Shown here: piece by piece, positions 51,044 through 63,720 of the stretch
Numbering within the stretch: the first letter of the stretch is position 1
Layout of the letters: each line of letters begins with the position of its first letter
Assembly: GCF_006345805.1 (NCBI RefSeq)
Contig: NC_043000.1
Location: 7,812,001 to 7,876,000 of the forward strand
Direction of reading: 5' to 3'
DNA: 64,000 nucleotides
Origin: Octopus sinensis
Lineage: Eukaryota
Program-made: the position numbers and the translations under genes
The notes under the pieces: model-generated
Told to the model about the DNA's origin: nothing
Databases searched by the model: none
What the model saw: only the letters and a program-made list of their open reading frames with translations

Positions 51044-51439
51044 ACATGACGACTGTGAGATCTCTAGTTTCTTTATATAAGATGCAGAAACGACAAGAGA
51101 AACAAAATGAGATATATTAGATATTGACCAATTCCATATTCTCATTTATCAATTCCACTGAGAGACATGATCATGTTCATTTATTTTTTTATGTAGACTC
51201 ATCTGCTAATATTCATTACACGGTGATATATTGCACTCTGATTTGTGATACGGAAAGACTGGCGATATTTATTGCATTTTTAGATTCAAAATGATATGAC
51301 ACTAATGGTATTAGGGTTTTATTTTAATTAGATAACATGTGCACGTACATGTGTCTATATATATGTATGTAAGTATGTGTGTATATATATGTATGTAAGT
51401 ATGTGTCTATATATATGTATGTAAGTATGTGTGTATATA

Positions 51440-51820
51440 TATGATGATGAATTCCAATATTTTAGATCTGTGTTTGTCCTTGTTAATGGGGGTGACCAGA
51501 TCTACCTCATTCTTACAGCAACCACTCTCACACCATCTCGCTGTCTCACCTGGTTTGGGGTGTGCTCCCTCTTCAAGCCAACCCTCCCAATCTCCTCCTC
51601 CACCTGTCCCTTCCACATTTTCTTTGATCGACCTCACTTTTGCGGTTCATTCACTTTAAGCTCAAGCACTCTCCTCAGACCATGATCCTCATCCCTCTCC
51701 AACACATGTCCATACCACTGCACTCTATTCATCCTTGCCAGCTGTTCCACCAATTCTTCTAGCATCCCCATCAAGTCCTCAGCCCTCCTTTTTATCCAAC
51801 AGTTTTACACCACACACTTG
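51440..51820 (-). mobile_element. RTE LINE 3' end
   Basis: Minus-strand NRVQWYGHVLERDEDHGLRRVLELKV...GRSKKMWKGQVEE. Confidence 0.8.
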
Positions 51821-51829
51821 GTCTCAGGG

Positions 51830-52730
51830 AGTAGCGTCCCTGCCTTCCTGAGCTAGTTTTCCACCACATTTCTTAAAAATCATGGTAGAGGTCTTGGTTT
51901 GGGACCACTCATGTCTAGAAACTGAGGTTGGAGGTAAGCAAGGGCATGCTCCCCATAGAAAATTCAGCCCTGAGAAAGCCTTATGACAATAGCAAAGAAG
52001 CATGGGCACCAGTCAGCCCAAAGGTTAGGGTGGGCTGCATCTGTCTACCTCAAAAAGGAAGATACAAACCCTCATCCTGGGTCATGCAAGCATGACATGC
52101 CTTATAATGGCTGACGGCCTGGGAAGAAGTTTGGAGTGAGGTAGGGAAGTTGGAATGTGGGTAGTGTGTGTGGAATGGGAACTGAGGTGCATGAGGAATT
52201 GAGGAGGAGGAGGGTAGATATGTGCTGTGTGCAGGAGGCTAGGTGGAGGGGTCAGGGTGCAAGATTTGTGGGGGTCAAGGGAAGAAGGTACAAGTTGTGG
52301 TGGTCAGGAAATGGCAAGGGGACTGAAGGTGTGGGAGTTTTGATGAAGGAAGAAATCTGTAAGAAAGTAGCAGAGGTCAGGAGAAAGAGTGACAGAGTGA
52401 TGACAGTAGTGTTAGCATTTGAGGAAGAAGTGGTGAAGGTGATTTGTGGGCATGGTTCGCAAAGTGGAAAAGGGATCGCTGAGTAAAAGCAGTTCTTTGA
52501 TGAAATGGTGAGTGAATGGGACTTACATAAGATAGAGGAATTGGTTCTGAGCATGGGTGATTTTAATGGATATGTTGGGAAATGGATTCAGAGCTTTGAG
52601 GGGGTGCATGGGGGGAAATGGAATTGGGGAGAGAAATAAGGAAGGAAGGATGCTGTTGGAGTTTTGTGATGAGAAGGAGTTGTGTGTGACGAACACAGGG
52701 TTTAGGAAAACAAAGAAAAGGAAAGTGATG
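51830..52730 (+). pseudogene. RTE LINE 5' UTR and APE endonuclease, with stop and frameshift
   Basis: NVGS...VDMCCVQEARWRG...GVGVL...SDRVM...GDFNG...NKEGRMLLEFC...NTGF. Confidence 0.85.
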
Positions 52731-53765
52731 ATGATGATGAGGAGGATATATAACTTCACCTCTCACACTCTAATGAACTTACCCACCTGTTCTTCCCAAT
52801 CCTCTGTTCCTACTCTTTCTTCTATTCCCTTTTTTATACCTTGAGGATATTCCCTGACAGTTTGTCACAGCCTTCTTTGTCTCTCTTTCCAGCTACTCCC
52901 ACTCACCCTTATATAATGTGGGGTAACCATGTACTTCCTCTATAGCTTGGCACATGTTCCTATCTCTCTATAATAGTTTAGCTTCTCAACACTTGGCATT
53001 AAGCTACCCTTCCTTCCACTTTACTACATCCTAACTCAGTTGAGAGGGCATTTTGTTTTCTTGCAGGTTACTTGGTGACCTCCCTAGTGCTGGTGTCCCA
53101 TAAAATGCACCCAGTGCATTCTGTAAAGTGGTTGGTATTAGAAAAAGTATCCAGCCATAGAAACCATGCCAACACATTTTTCCAATTCGCCAGATTCTGT
53201 CAAACTGTCCAGTCCATTGCACATGGAATACAAATGTTAAAGTATGATGATGATGATGATGATGATAACAAAAACGATGATAATCTGAGTTAGGAATTTG
53301 TAGATTCCATTCCATTTCAACTCAAACCTTCCATTTGCATCCAACTTTCTATCACTTATAATCTGTCTTATATATATTTTGTACATCTGCTGGAAGTTTA
53401 GTTTCCTATAATTTTGATAAAGCAGCTTAGGATGAGGCTACATTTCCATTTACAGTATTCGGCTTAACATAAACATGTCATGGCTTGTCTCCAAGACTTG
53501 TTGGAAAAATGAACAAAATAGAAGAAAAATCATATTAGTCATCACCATCTGTTTCTTTTTTTCTCAACAGGATAGTCCCTCTGCATAGCCTACAACATGC
53601 TGGGTATCAGAGGAGCCAGTAAGTAGTAGACCATCTAATTACTTATGCCAGTAACAAAGTTTGTTTTAAAGGGGCTGTAGACGAAGAGGTCAGGGTGTGT
53701 GACTCCTAGCAGGAGTAGCCTGTAAGAAACTAATTGCATGCATGCATACATACATACATACATAC

Positions 53766-53799
<34 letters not shown>

Positions 53800-54110
53800 C
53801 ACATGATCACGTGACCGACCAGGCCATCAGAATGTTGCTACACATCGCTGGTCACAATGCGCTTCACATTGTTTTAGCCTTCAATGACACCACCCTGCTG
53901 GCTAAGCGAGCAGGCCAAGAGAAGAAAGAGTGAGAGAAAGTTGTGGTAAAAGAATACAGCAGGGATCACCACTACACCCTACCGGAGCCTCGTGGAGCTT
54001 TTTTAGGTGTTTTCACACAATAAACACTCACAATGCTTGGTCTGGGAATCGAAACTGTGATCCTACGACTGCAAGTCCACTGCCCTAACCACTGGGCCAT
54101 TGTGCCTCCA
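53800..54110 (-). mobile_element. tRNA(Arg)-like-head SINE, 3' module 3
   Basis: Reverse complement of the shared head and body; tail homologous to the RTE end at 44350. Confidence 0.8.
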
Positions 54111-54116
54111 CACACT

Positions 54117-54162
<46 letters not shown>

Positions 54163-54235
54163 TCAATAATAAAGAGTATGGAGACTTGTACATCCGCAAA
54201 AAATATATTTTATATTTATATAACCATATTACAAT

Positions 54236-54319
54236 GACCTACATGTGTTTCTGCTGCAGTGACTTCTCACTGTTGCAAATGCAACCTTGCAATATTGCTG
54301 GTGTAGCATCTTCAGAGTC
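54236..54319 (-). ncRNA. type-I hammerhead with long loop II
   Basis: GACU-CUGAAGA-UGCU(~49 nt)AGCA-GAA-ACACAUGU-A-GGUC. Confidence 0.65.
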
Positions 54320-54501
54320 CATCCGTTTAGTCATTCAGTGAAGAGTACATGGAATAATCCATTGGAAGAATTCATGGAATGGCTAACTACAAATTGTAGT
54401 CACAAACATTAAATACTGATTGTTGTGGTTAGCCATTAACTGGAAATTAATTGATAGCTAACATGATATCTGCACGGATGTTATATCCCTCAAAAAACCC
54501 A

Positions 54502-54545
<44 letters not shown>

Positions 54546-54659
54546 TATATGGGTATAAAACATCACCAACTGTGTAAACAATATGAAGTACAAAAACAAA
54601 CGAGTTAAATACACAAACAACAAGAGATAAAATGGAAATATATACGTATATATATATAA

Positions 54660-54713
<54 letters not shown>

Positions 54714-54800
54714 AGGGTTTACGAAAAAAACAAAAGACGAAGACAGGTGGTGTAGACAACAAACAAATGTGTTAGTATAACGCTCAGGAATAGAAAAAGT

Positions 54801-54836
54801 CTTTAACATTTCAAGCCTACGCTCTTCTACAGAAAG
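54801..54836 (-). ncRNA. variant minimal hammerhead, second copy
   Basis: CUUU-CUGUAGAA-GAGC(GUAG)GCUU-GAAAU-GU-U-AAAG. Confidence 0.45.
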
Positions 54837-56129
54837 GAACGCAGAAAGAAACAAGGAGAGAAAATAAAGAATGTGTAGTGGCTAACGATCGATCATGGAT
54901 ATATAAAACTGAAAAACAGTATTGAGTTTGGTGACGTGATTCTTGACACAAATTTGACAATACACAAAACAGAAGCATCTGATAACTCCACTCCAGTTTA
55001 CAAAGAATCTTCCAGTCTAAACACGAAACAAACAAAAGAGGAAGGTGTGGCTGTTGATGAAAATCGGAAGTTCTTTGTTAACATGAGTTTCTTTGATTTA
55101 TTCAATGAACACCAGAAGAAATGTAAGTAAAAGCTCCTTAGTTTGTCTTGGAGAAAGAAACCCTCACTTAAGATAAAAGACTTTACAGGTTCAAATACCT
55201 CTCAAGCATATTTGAATTGGTCTTAAGTTTGTGTTTCTTTCTATGACTAATGTGTTCCAGCCTGGCAGCCAATGTGCATTATCAGTCAATAATATTGACT
55301 GATTAACGACATAGGGAGCAGATCTTTCTGGTGAGCTCAGAATGACCTCTCTTGGTATCTGGTGCTGAAGAGAAATAACGAGTTCAAAATACATCCATCA
55401 GCAGGCTGGATGTGATTAGGGAGGATTGCCAGAGGCTTGATGTCATCTTGGTGGATGCAGAGGGGCTAACACAGGACCTCCAGGATTGGGGAGCACTGAT
55501 GGACCTGGTCAGCTCTGTGTTTAATAAAACCTCTGGGACCACTAATCTTGGATGACCCCAGCCCCGTCAGACAAAAGCATAAAGCAAGCAAGTCCAATAG
55601 AGGGCGTTCTGAGCTGGCTATGTTATATTAATGCTTTTATGTCTTAGGTGAGAAATCTTTCTTCATAACAAACTGCAGTGAAATAGCTCCCAAGTATATT
55701 CGAAATGTTCTTAAGTTAGTATTTATTTAATTATTACATAATTCATTACTGAGATTTCGGTTGGATGAGTAGCAGCTAAGTTGAGATAAAAGCGAAAGAG
55801 ACTGTTGGTGGTGCTTAAGGGAGATACCAACTTGCCTGAGACTGCCCCTGGCTCCTTGATACAAATCTCCTGTTTTAAATTTAAACTTCCCATCAAATTC
55901 CATGTTAATTTATATTCCAAGCACCAGTTTAATAATAAGAAAGTTGTTTTTAAACTAATGAAAAGGTTGCAAGACACAATGAAAATTTTAGGACAATAAA
56001 AATAATGTACATACATACACATGCAAACACACACACACACATACATACGTACATGCATGCATGTATAGGCACACACACACACACTGACCCACACACATGC
56101 GCACAAACAAGCAAAAGGGAACGCAGTGT

Positions 56130-56229
56130 AAATAATGGACAGAGTCAAAACTATTGAAAAGGTTGCAAGACGCAATGAAAGTTTTAGGACAATAAAAACA
56201 AGAGAAAAGTGGAAATTTTACCGGTGAGT
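56130..56229 (-). mobile_element. Tc1-like terminal fragment; related copy at about 3348-3397
   Basis: Minus-strand TA|CACTCACCGGTAAAATTTCCACTT resembles CACTCACCGG-type Tc1 TIRs. Confidence 0.5.
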
Positions 56230-56899
56230 GTATTTTTATAAAGCTTTCCTTGTTTTCAGAATTAATTGCAACAAAAGCAGCAGCATTCGGTCATGCTGTT
56301 TGCATGGATTCCTCTGATTTTCTCTCACTGTCCGATTCTATTACAAATTTGAATTAGGAGCTTCAGCCATTACAACTGTTTCATTACACAACCATCAATG
56401 CTTTGTCTATGGATGTGTTACAGTAACTCTCTTGATAGAGCTTGGTGATCTTGACCATTGATCTTGTAGGAGTCTGCTGATCAGCACCAGTGTAAGAAAT
56501 GTCTTTGGTTCAGTTGAGCTCTTCTGCTGCCTCTTCACATGCTGTAGTTCCATGACTACAATCTACCACTACAATCCATGACTACACTCCACCATGCTAC
56601 AGTCCCATGACTTTGGCTGAATTGGTGCTGTGCCTTGCCAAAGCATATTTTAATAGTTACATGGTAACACAAGGTTTTAAAATAGTTTGTGTGAAGTTCC
56701 AGTCTCTGAAATTCAAGGTTTCTTCTTCCTCTGTTTGCCTTCTTTTCAATTTCCACACTGCTTTTTTTTTTTCAAATATTTTTTTAAGCAAGTGGTGTAG
56801 GGTGGGGTGGGAGGAGAAAGGGTGAATGAAAGTTCCAATATTTATTCTCAGCTGTAATTAATTGATTAATTAATTCATTCATTTATTTGTTCATTTTTA

Positions 56900-57530
56900 C
56901 TCTTTAGTCTTTTACTTGTTTCAGTCATGTGACTGTGGTCATGCTGGAGCACAGCCTTTAGTCGAGCAAATCGACCCCAGGACTTACTCTTTGTGAGCCT
57001 AGTACTTATTCTATCAGTCTCTTTGGCTGAACTGCTAAGTTACAGGGACGTAAACACACCAGCATCAGTTGTCAAGTAATGTTGGTGGGACAAACACAGA
57101 CGCACAAACATATACACACACATATAGATCGTAGGGTGAGATGCCATGCTTGAGGAGACATATAAATTCAAGTAGATCAAAATCAAATGGAAATTGTAGT
57201 TGTGATCCCTGTGCTGGTGGCATGTGAAAACACCATCCGCATGTGGCTGATGCCAGCGCTGCCTTGACTGGCTTCCATGCCGGTGGCATGTAAAAAGCAC
57301 CAACTGATAGTGGTCGTTGCCAGACCCTCTGGCCCCTGTGCCAGTGGTACGTAAAAAGCACCCACTACACTCTAGGAGTGGTTGGCGTTAGGAAGGGCAT
57401 CCAGCCGTAGAAACTCTGCCAGATCAAACTGGAGCCTGGTGCAGCCCTTGGCTTCCCAGACCCCAGTCGAACTGTCCAACCCATTCCAGCATGGAAAACG
57501 GACGTTAAACAATGATGATGATGAGGAGGA
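56900..57530. mobile_element. SINE family A 3' half (-, to about 57125) adjoining an RTE-tail element (+, 57130-57530)
   Basis: Both parts match copies elsewhere in the window. Confidence 0.8.
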
Positions 57531-57558
57531 GGATATATATATATCAATTCTTCCCTCA

Positions 57559-57611
<53 letters not shown>

Positions 57612-58950
57612 GAATATATATGTATGTTTGTGTGTGTATCTTTGTGAGTTCATGTGTTGTGTGTGTGTGTGTGCGTGTGCATGTGTCTATTTGTGTCTCC
57701 TTGTCTTGGCATCATGCGACAGTTGTAAACAAGAATTGTCATTCATTTCCAATTTTCAGTGAAAACATGTCTGACCGTAGAAAATTTACCTCAACAAATC
57801 CTTTTGAACCTTGTAATATTGAAAAGTGGATGCCAAAATGGTGATGATGTTGATGATGATTATGATGATGATGATGATGATGATGATATTTATATGATAG
57901 GCTTATAGGTTTCGTATAATATCTAACACCTACTTTCATTAGCTAAAATTTTTTTACACCAAATATCTTCAAAGTTCACTCAAAAATGTTTATATGCATA
58001 TAATAATAATAAGAAGAAATTCAATGAATGAAATATTATTTGTATATATTCATGAAATAAACAGCTTGTAATTGAACACATTCTAGAAAAGTCAAAATTG
58101 TATTGGCATGTGGTTATGAATTTAATAGCAACTACTAAAAAAAATTATATTACTAAAAATAAAATATGAAATAAAAGTGATACAAAAAATTTTTCTCAGG
58201 TTTTCAAAATTTTAATGAAACTTAAGAAACATGATATATATTGATAATTCAAGAAATAATTAATTGCAACAGAATTAGACTTATCCATCAAACGGCTGGT
58301 TTAATGTGTGACAGCTATGTAATAATCAATAATCACGTCACATCAGCTCCAAAATCTTTATTGATTACGAATAGTTTTAATCAATACTATACTGAATTGA
58401 TAGAGAAAGACAAGAATTTATAACAAGAGGTAAAGTCTCACTCACCTTTGTTAATTGCTTAAAGAGAAATGATAATCAAATATTTTGTCTGTTTTTTTAA
58501 AAAATTTTTTGCTTTTGATCTTTTTTTCTCTCACAATTCTGAATTCTATTCATAATATCATAGAACAGCTTGTGACATCTGCTTCTTACAAGAGACTGGA
58601 CTGGGGAAAGTTTGCACACTTCCTTTGAGCTTTATGAATGTTTTGTCTGCTTTATTCTGAATATTTATCTCCACAACCGTTGTTATTGAAATTAAAGGAA
58701 TCCTTTGTTTTGAGTAAAATTCTCCTTTAAACTTCACACTTGCGTAAGATGATGATGTAATTGCTTCCATTCTCTTGACAACCAACAAGGACATTTCTCT
58801 GTCTTGAGAGCAATCATTGCTTAGAATTAGGCTTCAATTCTGAATTAATATTTATAGACTATTAATCTTCTCTTTGTGTTATTCTTAAATTGTTTTCCGG
58901 TTCTCCAGTCCAATACACACACACACATGAACACATACACACAAGCACAT

Positions 58951-59012
<62 letters not shown>

Positions 59013-59269
59013 CTCAATCTTTAATCTTTCTTTTATTTGTTTCAGTCTTTGGACTGTAAATATGGTGGGGTGTCATCTTAATGGATTTTAGTCGAACAAA
59101 CCAACTCTAGTACTTACATGTTTTTCATAAGTCCAATACTTAAACTATTGGTCTCTTTTGCTGAACTGCTAAGTCATGGGGACATAAACAAACCAACATC
59201 TCTTGTCAAAAACAGTGGGTGTGGTGACAAACACAGACATAAAGATGCACCCATGTAGACATATATATA

Positions 59270-59890
59270 TAGTTTGGTCAGTTAAGCACCGTTTGTGAGA
59301 AAAACAGCACTATAACGCAATTCACTCTGCCAGAAATATTGAAACAACTTGCTGTAGTGCTTGGCATTCTCACCGGAAGCTCCAATACAAACGTTTCAGA
59401 GTGTTTGGGTGTCAATCTGAGGACAGTGCATGTATCAAGAATGATAAAAATCAAACATCCACTCAACATTATGATGTTTGGCGGGGTCACTAGTGATGGT
59501 GACATTATTCCTCCATTCATCTTCCCACATGGCCTCAGACTCAACATGGAGGCCTACATCAAGTATCTGGAGGAGGTGGTGCTGCCTTGGGTTAAGAGGG
59601 TGGCTGCTGGAAGACCTTATGTCTGGCAACAGGACTCTGCACTGTGTCACACAAACAGGAGAACCCAGTCATGGCTGTCAAACAATTTCTACCACCACAT
59701 CATCCCTAACATTGTCGAAAGTTGTCTGGAGGCCGTGATTGAAGCCAAGAACAATTTTATTGAATAAATTTACTCTTTAGCATTTCACGATATTTTTATG
59801 TAATTTTGGTAAATATATCTATTAAAATGAGATGTCTGTGTTATTTTCATTTTTGCATAATTTAGATGACAATATATTCACTGCACCCTA
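59270..59890 (+). mobile_element. internally deleted Tc1/mariner (maT/DD37D-like) transposon; 142-aa ORF 59339-59767
   Basis: HTH fragment (LGVNLRTV), KHPLNIMMFGGVT..G, YIKYLEEVVLPW, GRPYVWQQDSA..H, TQSWL and CLEAVIEAK; WPP.SPDLNP motif missing. Confidence 0.8.
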
Positions 59891-60784
59891 TATATATACA
59901 CTCAATGGGCTTCCATACAGTTTCTATCTACTAAATAAATTCACTAAAGAAGCATTGGTCAACGTAAGACAGTGGCTCAAGTTGCTGCACAGTGGGACTG
60001 AACCCAAAACCATATGATTGTAAAGTGAGCTTCTTAACCACAGCCATGTCTTCACCTAATATTTACCTAATCTTAAGAATTTATAACTTTATTTCTAAAT
60101 CTACTATCACTAAGCTACTGTTTCATAGGATAATAATAATAATAAAATAGTTACTGTAGTGTAATGCAGTGATAAACATAGAAAGATGAAATATAAGAAA
60201 CCATCCAAGCAACAACTCATCTTATATAGTTGGTTGCATCTTGATTTCTGCTTTCAGCTTGATTAATAATCCTGTTTTGCAGACAATAAGGCATTAAAAA
60301 AAGTTGTTCATGGTAGTTTTTGTTTTTCTTTCGTCTTTAGATCTCTCTTATTTCATTATACTATTTTCAGTTTGAGACTTCAGATATTCCAAGAGCAGAT
60401 TTTTATGACTGGGTACCCGTTTATTGTCTGTTACCAAATAACAGACTACAATTTTTTTTTCCTTTTGTTAACCTAAAGTAAAAAATGAATTTTTAATTTT
60501 TTTCCAATGGCTTGGTTAAGAAGAAAATGCTCTGCCCACAGCCTTTTTAGGTTTTCTACTGCAAGAAAAATCGAAAACTAAAAGAAAAAGAAGAATATAA
60601 TTAGAACAAAATACAATGCTTCTAATATTGTTAGTACTTTTATAAATCCATATCCTTTCATCTTAATCATTGCCGATAAATATTTCGTAAATTCACAGAA
60701 AAGATATTTCTGAAGAGGGATGGTCATTTATTCAATCTTCACTTAAGTTCTTATTCATATCATTTTTAGATTATCACACCAAGA

Positions 60785-61200
60785 ATCTTGTAAAAAAAAT
60801 GCATGCCTATGTGGTAAGAAGCTTGCTTCCCAACCACACAGTTCTGGGTTCAGTCCCACTGCATGGCACCTTGGGCAAGTGTCTTCTAAGATAGCCTTGG
60901 GCTGACCAAAGCCTTGTGAGTGGATTTGGTAGATGGAAACTGAAAGAAGCCTGTCGTATATATATATATATATATATTTATGCGTATGTGTCTTTGTGTC
61001 TGTCACCCCACCATTGCTTAACAACTGATGGCGGTGTGCTTATGTCCTTGTAACTTAGTGGTTTGGCAAAGTGACCAATAGAATAAGTGCTAGGCTTACA
61101 AGGAATAAACCCTGGGGTCGGTTTCTTTGACTAAAATCCTTTAAGGTAGTGCTCCAGTATGGCAGCAGTCAAATGACTGAAGACCTGTAAAAGAATAAAA
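60785..61200 (+). mobile_element. SINE family A
   Basis: Full copy. Confidence 0.88.
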
Positions 61201-62212
61201 GATATTTCTAAAATTTTACATATGTTTCAGTTAATATATATTATGCTATTGTGGATAGACTCTCTCATCACTTCATCATATCAGAGCTTAATAACACAAA
61301 GGTGCAAGTGTTCATAGTTCAATGAACAAAGTGTGATGGTGTTGGCGCTAGTGCCTTAGTTTGTTGAAGTGCCTGAGTGATGCATATTATCATAGTGGGT
61401 ATGGTTTGTGCAGAGCCAGTCCTCCTCCCCCATTCTTCAAGCTATAATACCTTGGTCTTGCCTTTTGTAGTTGTCAAGAAGGGGTGGGGAGACAAACACA
61501 AACACCAGACATGCACATATATGCAAATATATCATCATCATCATAGTTTAACATCCATGTTCCATGCAGGCATGGGTTAGATGGTTTGACAAGATCTGAT
61601 GGTCCCAAGGGTTGCATGGCTGCTTTTTTCTCCAGTGCCTGCTTTGGCATGGTTTCTATGTCTGGATGTCCTTCCTGATACCCAGCACTTTACAGTGTGT
61701 ACTAATGCTGTTTCTGTTCCACTAGCACTAGTGAGGTCGCAGTGGAGCTTACAAGATCATGAGATCCAAAGGAGCCAACTTTATGCTAGAAGATGAGGAG
61801 TAGAAAAGGGTAAAGAATATGAGAGAAAAAGACTGAAGCAGAACCAGTTTCTTACTGTGGAGGAGCTACATGGCTACTTATAGTTTAGGAGAGAGGGTAG
61901 GATTGATCAGGTGGAACTGAAAAGCAATAAAAAATAATGACGATGAGGTGTACACACCACTCTTGGCCCCTGCACTCTGCTCATTCCAACCTGTGTGTGT
62001 ATGTCTGGATGTCCTTATATATATATAGTATATATAATAATATAAATTAATTAATTTTATGTATTGGCTTATGTTTTTCATTGTTTGATTTGCCTAATAG
62101 TGGTTTTATCTCTAATTTAATATAATATAATATATTTATACTATAAAATTGGATTTAATCCTAAATCTGATTTTTCCCTGTAAGTTTGGATTTATTCCCT
62201 AATATTTTATTA

Positions 62213-62244
<32 letters not shown>

Positions 62245-62250
<6 letters not shown>

Positions 62251-62470
62251 CCTGCTGGGTTTGGCTGCTCTACATTGATAAGGGGCAAATACCCAAAAAC
62301 TAGTCTGCAGATGCCTGACCAGCAAGGGGAAGATGCTGACCTCCCCTGTTTGAAGGTTATAATGGACACAGGTTTGTTTGTCACATAGCTAGCTAGAGGC
62401 AATGACCACTTGGAGCTAATCAACGGCAGCATTCATCCTATATTTCTGGGCTGCCATATTAGCTTGGTGA
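62245..62470 (+). mobile_element. diverged member of the HHR/TA-targeting family
   Basis: GACCTCCC...GGACACAG...AGCTAGAG...GCAGCATTCATCC...GCCATATT resembles 10763-10906; TA arrays on both sides. Confidence 0.6.
62269..62311 (+). ncRNA. degenerate minimal hammerhead
   Basis: UCUACA-UUGAUAA-GGGG(CAAAUA)CCCA-AAA-ACUAGU-C-UGCAGA. Confidence 0.55.
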
Positions 62471-62829
62471 TAACTATTAATATATATATAATGTCAGATC
62501 GTGCTTGGGTACTACTGGTAACATGTAACCCAGTACAACTGTTGCATGGTCGGGATGTTGGTAACTAAACTGGCAACACCATCAAGCTTGGTGAGGAGAG
62601 TGATTGTTGGACACCCTGCGGGATGAAAAATAAGACCTGTCAAAAGGCAGATGAACTCATGAGCAGTCAACAGCCATCCAACAATATGTGTATGTATGTA
62701 TGTATGCGTGGGGTCTTGGAAACTACCTAGGTTGGTTTCCAGGCATGTGGTTGGCCCACTAGGAGTGGGAGGTCCCTCTCTTGTCACAACATCTCTCTAG
62801 GTGATGGAAGCTCCGAGAGAAAATCTGCT

Positions 62830-62999
<170 letters not shown>

Positions 63000-63000
<1 letters not shown>

Positions 63001-63330
63001 AACTTGTTTCAGTCATTAGACTGTGGCCATGCTGGGGCACTGCCTTGAAGAGCTTTTAGTTGAATGTATTAATTTCAGTACTTAGTTTTTAAAGCCTGGT
63101 ACTCTTTGCTGAACAGCTAAATTACAGGGACATGAACAGACCAGTACTCCAGACTGGTTGTCAAGCAATGGTGGGGAAACATGCACATACACAAGACACA
63201 CACACACACACGACAGGCTTCTTTCATTTTCCATCTACCAAATCCACTCACAAGGTTTTGGTCAGCCTGGGGCTATAGTAGAAGATACATGCCTAAGGTG
63301 GCATGGAGTGGGACTGAACCCAGAGCCTTG
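63000..63330 (-). mobile_element. SINE family A
   Basis: Tail, body and part of the head. Confidence 0.82.
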
Positions 63331-63377
63331 GGGTTGGGTTTATATATATATAATTGTGTGGGTTTGTATATATATAT

Positions 63378-63700
63378 AGGCATGTGGCTTAGTGCTTAGG
63401 GTATTTGGCTTGCGATTGTAGAGTCACAAGATCAATTCTTGGTGGTGCATTGTGTCCTTGAGCAAGACACTTTATTTCACGTTGCTCCAGTCCACTCAGC
63501 TGAGAAAAATGAGTAGTAACTGTATTTCATGGGGTTAACCTTGTCACACTCTGTATCACACTGAATTTCCCTGAGAAGTATGTGAAGAGGTATCTGTGTC
63601 TGTGGAGTACTCAGCCACTTGTATGTTAATCTCGCAAGCAAGCTGTTCCATGATTGGATCAACTGGAACCCTTGTAGTCATAAGTGACAGAGTGCCAGTT
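63378..63700 (+). mobile_element. tRNA/CORE-type SINE, family C
   Basis: GGCATGTGGCTTAGTG head and TTGAGCAAGACACTTTATTTCAC core-like motif. Confidence 0.7.
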
Positions 63701-63720
63701 ATATATATATATATATGTAT

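Noticed and set aside
56222-56259. GTGAGT donor followed by a TTTTCAG acceptor
   Set aside because: The implied intron is only 36 nt and the donor is part of a Tc1-like TIR that recurs at about 3390.
58558-58794. 78-aa minus-strand ORF with protein-like composition
   Set aside because: No recognisable motif and no convincing in-frame splice sites.
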